From positions 1-64,000 of the forward strand of contig CAVZVA010000003.1 of assembly GCA_963778655.1 (NCBI GenBank): a DNA stretch of 64,000 bases, in the 5' to 3' direction. The translations under genes and the position numbers were made by a program. Each line of letters begins with the position of its first letter. The first letter of the stretch is position 1. A model generated the notes under the pieces. It did not search any database. It saw nothing but the letters and a program-made list of their open reading frames with translations, and was not told the origin of the DNA. Origin of the DNA: an uncultured delta proteobacterium (GTDB taxonomy: Bacteria > Myxococcota_A > Polyangia > Polyangiales > JAFGIB01). Positions 60,160-64,000 of this stretch are shown one piece after another.

Positions 60160-61452
60160 ATGTACAAGTATGCAATCGTGGCGCTGAGCATCGGGCTGTC
60201 CAGTGCGGTTGGCTGCGGTTCGAGCGGACCCAACAAGGGTGGAGCCACCGGGCCCAAGACCGGCGTCAGTGACCCGAAGGCCCAGGGTCCGCAGGCTGCC
60301 GACGCCGGTGGCCATGCAGGTTCCGGCGCGGCCGACGCTTCCCCGAGTGCGAAGGCCCCAGACGCGGGCAGCGCGGGCAGCGCGGGCCAAGGCGCGAGCG
60401 CTGCGGGCTCGGGCGCGGACGCCGACGGTGGAGCTAGCGCGAACCCCGCGGCCACCGCGCTGGCGGATCTGCCGGACGCTCTCGCAACGAGCGTGTGCGC
60501 GGCGATCGATAGCTGTGTCGGCGCGGCGGTGCTGCGTGAGCTCACGGAGCACGAAGACTGCACGGTGCGAGTCGCGGCACAGTTGCGGGCAACCGAGTTT
60601 GCATTCATCGAGCAAAGCGTGAGCAGCGATCGCGTCGCCTACGACCCGAGCCAACTGCCTGCGTGCCTGGACGACATCCGCGGGCTCGGGTGCGACGTGC
60701 TGTCGCACACCCTGCCACCGTCTTGCAGCGCGGTGCTCGACGGCCAAGTGCAGATCGACGGTGAGTGCGCAATCAGTTCCGAATGCCACGGTGCGGCCTT
60801 CTGTGCCGGGGCGGATCAATGCCCCAGCCACTGCGCCCCGCTGCTCAGCGAAGGCGACGCTTGCAGTGGCGACAACCAGTGCGGCGATGATCTGACCTGC
60901 GCCGGCGGCCAGTGCGTGCGGCCGTCGCTGGAGGGCGAGCCGTGCAACGGCAACAGCGGCACGACGTGCCGGATCGGCTTCACCTGCCAGGGCAGCACGG
61001 ACGTCGACCCCGGAAGTTGCGTGCCGAACGCGATGGTGCAGATCGGCAACGAGGGGGATTCGTGCGAGCCAGGCGGTTCGCTGTGCAAAGACGGCTTGTC
61101 GTGCGTGTACGCAAGCGGCTCGGAGTTCCATTGCGAGTCGGCGGTCGGCTCCGGCGCCAGCTGTCATCTCGGCCTTCCGGGGCAATGCCCGAACGACGAG
61201 TACTGCGACACCACCGAGGTGACCGCACAGAGCACTTGCCGGAAGTTGCCAGGCGAGGGCCAGGCGTGCGTGCTCACGGGCCGATGTGCACCAGGCTTGG
61301 TGTGCGTGGCCGAGGGTCAAGATCACAACTGCCGAGCGATCGAGGACAACTGCGGCGCGTGCAGCGACGACGCCGCCTGTCGCAGCGGAAACTGTGATCA
61401 GGGTAAGTGCGCGCCCCCACCGGCGTGCGGCGAAGCCTTCGTCTGCCCCTAG
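60160..61452 (+). CDS. Cys-rich repeat lipoprotein
   Basis: AAGGAG RBS; signal ending SAVGC; repeated EG.xC...C..GL.C modules. Confidence 0.8.
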   Translation: MYKYAIVALSIGLSSAVGCGSSGPNKGGATGPKTGVSDPKAQGPQAADAGGHAGSGAADASPSAKAPDAGSAGSAGQGASAAGSGADADGGASANPAATALADLPDALATSVCAAIDSCVGAAVLRELTEHEDCTVRVAAQLRATEFAFIEQSVSSDRVAYDPSQLPACLDDIRGLGCDVLSHTLPPSCSAVLDGQVQIDGECAISSECHGAAFCAGADQCPSHCAPLLSEGDACSGDNQCGDDLTCAGGQCVRPSLEGEPCNGNSGTTCRIGFTCQGSTDVDPGSCVPNAMVQIGNEGDSCEPGGSLCKDGLSCVYASGSEFHCESAVGSGASCHLGLPGQCPNDEYCDTTEVTAQSTCRKLPGEGQACVLTGRCAPGLVCVAEGQDHNCRAIEDNCGACSDDAACRSGNCDQGKCAPPPACGEAFVCP

Positions 61453-61616
61453 TGCTCTGACCGAGCGGTTTTGAATCGAGATCGGGTCTGAGGTCATGCT
61501 GAGCGGGGCGCCGGTCGACGAAGGAAGGGTAGCCCCCCTTGCGAGGAGAGCGGCGCCGTGGCGCAGGGTCAGATCGGGCGCGAGGTCGGATCCAAACCGG
61601 TCGGTCAGAGCACCAG
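61449..61616. mobile_element. MITE-like element overlapping the upstream stop codon
   Basis: CTAGTGCTCTGACCGAGCGGTTT ... AAACCGGTCGGTCAGAGCACCAG (2 mismatches); central AAGGG/CCCTT hairpin. Confidence 0.75.
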
Positions 61617-61768
61617 TGCCGGGGCAGCACGTTGTCGAGCATTTGCTCTGCTTCGAGGAGCCCAAACCATGCAGTGCCGATCACAGATTCTTCACCGGGA
61701 AGCATTAATCACAGTGGAAGGCGTCGGGGCTATCGGAGCCGCAAATGGTGAGTGTTAACAAGGAGCCA

Positions 61769-62017
61769 ATGATGACGAACGTTGAGTTTATCGAAGACAG
61801 TGCGCTCGAGAACGTGGTCGGTGGTCTGAGCTTCAACCTCGGTTTGGACACCAAGACCGGCCTGACCGCGAGTGGTCCGCTCGGCAGCATCTCGATCCCG
61901 AGCCCGTTGACCCTGGCGCAGAATCTGTTCACCGGCGTGACCTCGAAGCTCGGTGACTTTCTGGTCAAGTTCGGCGGCGACCTGAAGGACCTGGGTCACC
62001 TGTTCGACTTCAGCTGA
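61769..62017 (+). CDS. Double-glycine-leader peptide (bacteriocin/RiPP precursor candidate)
   Basis: AAGGAG RBS; leader MMTNVEFIEDSALENVVGG; 63-aa core; export genes follow directly. Confidence 0.8.
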   Translation: MMTNVEFIEDSALENVVGGLSFNLGLDTKTGLTASGPLGSISIPSPLTLAQNLFTGVTSKLGDFLVKFGGDLKDLGHLFDFS

Positions 62018-62130
62018 GCACGCGATTTCCGATTGATCGCTTCGCTATGCACGAGGGCCGGGTACGGAATGGCCGTGCCTGGCCCTTTGTGCGTGGAGAC
62101 CAAGAGTGAGCTGTTGCCCCCGAGCACCCG

Positions 62131-63030
62131 ATGACGTTGAGTGAGAATCGGATCCTGGTCCTAGCCGCGCTGCCGCTGGCGGCGGGTGCTGCATGGCTCG
62201 TGGCTCTGCGCCGGCCGGAGCCGGTGTATGCAGCCGCGGCACACGATGTGGCGAGCTCGCACCAGCACGCACTGCACGCCGCGGTACCTGGCGCCGATGA
62301 CGGATGGCTGGGCGTGATCGTGTCGGGCTACAGCGCCGACGTCGGCGCCGAGGTCGGGGGCACGGTCAGCGAGAGCTGGATCACGGTCGGTGCCCGCGTC
62401 AAAGCCGGTGCTCCGCTGATGCGCATCGACGAAAGCGCGTCCGCCGAAGACGTGCGGGCGGCCCGCGCCAAGCTCGAGCAGCAGCGCTCCTTGGTGGCGC
62501 GAGCCCAGGCCGAGCTGGCTGAAGCCAGCGATTTGGTCACGCGCCTACGAGCCGTGCCAAACGGGGTGTCCGACCTCCAAATGCACGCGGCACGTACGCG
62601 CGAGCAACAGGCCGCAGCCGCCCTGCGCGAAGCCCGGGCGGGCATCAGCGTGCATCAAGCCGACGTTGGCCGAGAGGTCAACCGCAGTGCGAAGCACGTG
62701 ATTCGCGCGCCGTTCGACGGCATTGCCGTAGAGCGCTTCGTCGATCCCGGCGCGCTGGTCGCGCCCGGTCAGGTGGTCGCCCGCATCATCAACGGCGACT
62801 ACTACGTGCGCTTCGCCATGTCGCCAGAGGCGGCGCGAGCAGAGGCCGTCGGTCAGTTGGTACGCGTCGAGCTCGATGGCCGCGTGCTCGAGGGTGTGGT
62901 GAGTGACATCCAGCCCGAGGTGGACGGCGCGTCACAGCTGGTGTTCGCACGCGCCAAGCTGGACGTCGCCAAGCGCGACTCCGCCGCGGTCATTCCAGGG
63001 GCGCGTGTGCGCGTGCGGAAGGGCAGCTAG
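62131..63030 (+). CDS. Membrane fusion protein (periplasmic adaptor)
   Basis: N-terminal TM; GARVKAGAPL and IRAPFDG lipoyl half-motifs around a coiled coil; PGARVRV. Confidence 0.85.
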   Translation: MTLSENRILVLAALPLAAGAAWLVALRRPEPVYAAAAHDVASSHQHALHAAVPGADDGWLGVIVSGYSADVGAEVGGTVSESWITVGARVKAGAPLMRIDESASAEDVRAARAKLEQQRSLVARAQAELAEASDLVTRLRAVPNGVSDLQMHAARTREQQAAAALREARAGISVHQADVGREVNRSAKHVIRAPFDGIAVERFVDPGALVAPGQVVARIINGDYYVRFAMSPEAARAEAVGQLVRVELDGRVLEGVVSDIQPEVDGASQLVFARAKLDVAKRDSAAVIPGARVRVRKGS

Positions 63031-63032
63031 TC

Positions 63033-63956
63033 ATGGCGCTGTTTCGGCAGGAGGCGCTCGAATTCCACCGCCAGGGGGGCGCGCGCGGGGACGTGCTGCA
63101 CTTGACGCCACGTGCATTCTTCTGGACGCACTGGTCGCTGGTCGCCGCGGTGGTCGCCTCGCTCGGATATGCCTTCGTCGGCCAGGTCGACGAGTACGCG
63201 GGTGGACCGGCGCTGGTGCGCGTGGACAGCGTGTACGACGTGACCGCGCAGCGGCCCGCGGTGGTCGCGCGCGTCGAGGTCGAACCGGGCCAGCACGTGG
63301 CCGCAGGGCAGGTGCTCGTCCGCATGCAGGCCGCGAGCGAGAAATCGGAGCTCGATAGCGTCGAACGCGAGCTGTCGGACCAGCTCGCCAAGCTACTGCG
63401 CGACCCGGCGGACCGCGCTGCACGCGAAGCGATCGTGTCGTTGCGCGCGCGCGAGGCGTTGGCGCATGCCAGCCTCGAACGCCAGACCGTCCGCGCAGCG
63501 CAGGCTGCAACCGTTGGCGACGTGCGGGTGCAGCGCGGAGAGCTGGTCGACGCCGGCACGCCCCTGCTCAGCCTGCTTGGTGAAGGGGAGGGCGCGAGCC
63601 TGACCGCGCTCTTGCCCGGGCGGTACAGACCCCTCTTGGCGCGGGGTATGAAGCTGCGCTTCGTGGCCGACGGCTTTCCTCGGGAGGTGCACTCGCTGAT
63701 CATCGAGCGCGTCGCCGATCAAATCGTCGGCCCGACCGAGGCGCTGCGGTTCCTCGGTCGCGACGCAGCGGGCGCGATTGCACTCGACGGGCCAGTCGTT
63801 TTCGTGCACGCCCGCTTGCCGAGCCGCGAGATCAAGTCGGAAGGCGCGCTGTACCGCTTCCACCACGGTATGCAGGGACACGCCGAAGTCGCCGTGCGGC
63901 ACGACAGCATCGCGTTGACCTTGGTGCCGGGCCTCCGTGCGTTCAACCCACTATGA
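63033..63956 (+). CDS. HlyD-family secretion protein
   Basis: Starts MALFRQEALE; TM; GQHVAAGQVL, GELVDAGTPL and GMQGHAEV motifs. Confidence 0.85.
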   Translation: MALFRQEALEFHRQGGARGDVLHLTPRAFFWTHWSLVAAVVASLGYAFVGQVDEYAGGPALVRVDSVYDVTAQRPAVVARVEVEPGQHVAAGQVLVRMQAASEKSELDSVERELSDQLAKLLRDPADRAAREAIVSLRAREALAHASLERQTVRAAQAATVGDVRVQRGELVDAGTPLLSLLGEGEGASLTALLPGRYRPLLARGMKLRFVADGFPREVHSLIIERVADQIVGPTEALRFLGRDAAGAIALDGPVVFVHARLPSREIKSEGALYRFHHGMQGHAEVAVRHDSIALTLVPGLRAFNPL

Positions 63957-64000
63957 GCTCCAACCTCGAAACCAACGCTCAGCTCGACGTGTCCGCATTC
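63953..64000 (+). CDS. Start of the next operon gene (truncated); possibly the peptidase-containing ABC transporter
   Basis: ATG overlaps the HlyD stop (ATGA) and reads MSSNLETNAQLDVSAF; identity inferred from context only. Confidence 0.4.
   Translation, partial: MSSNLETNAQLDVSAF

Noticed and set aside
58831..61452. 873-aa ORF as one protein
   Set aside because: The 5' half overlaps the anti-sigma gene out of frame; the RBS and lipoprotein signal support a start at 60160.
61769..62017. Lanthipeptide or sactipeptide precursor
   Set aside because: The core has no Cys, so thioether bridges cannot form, and no modifying enzyme is visible in the window.

Overview
Very GC-rich bacterial chromosome segment. 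Gene content (Hanks kinases, ECF sigma/anti-sigma/lipoprotein cassettes, a MYXO-CTERM-like tail, Cys-rich lipoproteins) points to a myxobacterium, probably Polyangiales-like (inference). Bases 1-52.2 kb look like resident chromosome: an FAD-linked oxidase, a Tat-exported DUF3500 protein, two Ser/Thr kinases, a heterodimeric ABC exporter, two tandem ~1500-aa metzincin lipoproteins, an Hpt-REC protein, a G1P dehydrogenase, class I fumarase, acyP, rpmE-prfA, a class III aminotransferase-LuxE-LuxC operon and a frameshifted SseB-like gene. After tRNA-Phe (52166-52238) comes an accessory region with an IS91-type remnant, an unclassified GH-like lipoprotein, an orphan cobQ and a second ECF cassette. 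At the right end is a small double-glycine-leader peptide followed by two membrane-fusion proteins, a candidate bacteriocin/RiPP export locus that runs off the window. Intergenic regions hold several ~115-170 bp inverted-repeat-bounded elements. Five of them share an AGG-stem-loop core whose stem covaries although their termini differ. All calls come from motif recognition by eye; no database searches were run.
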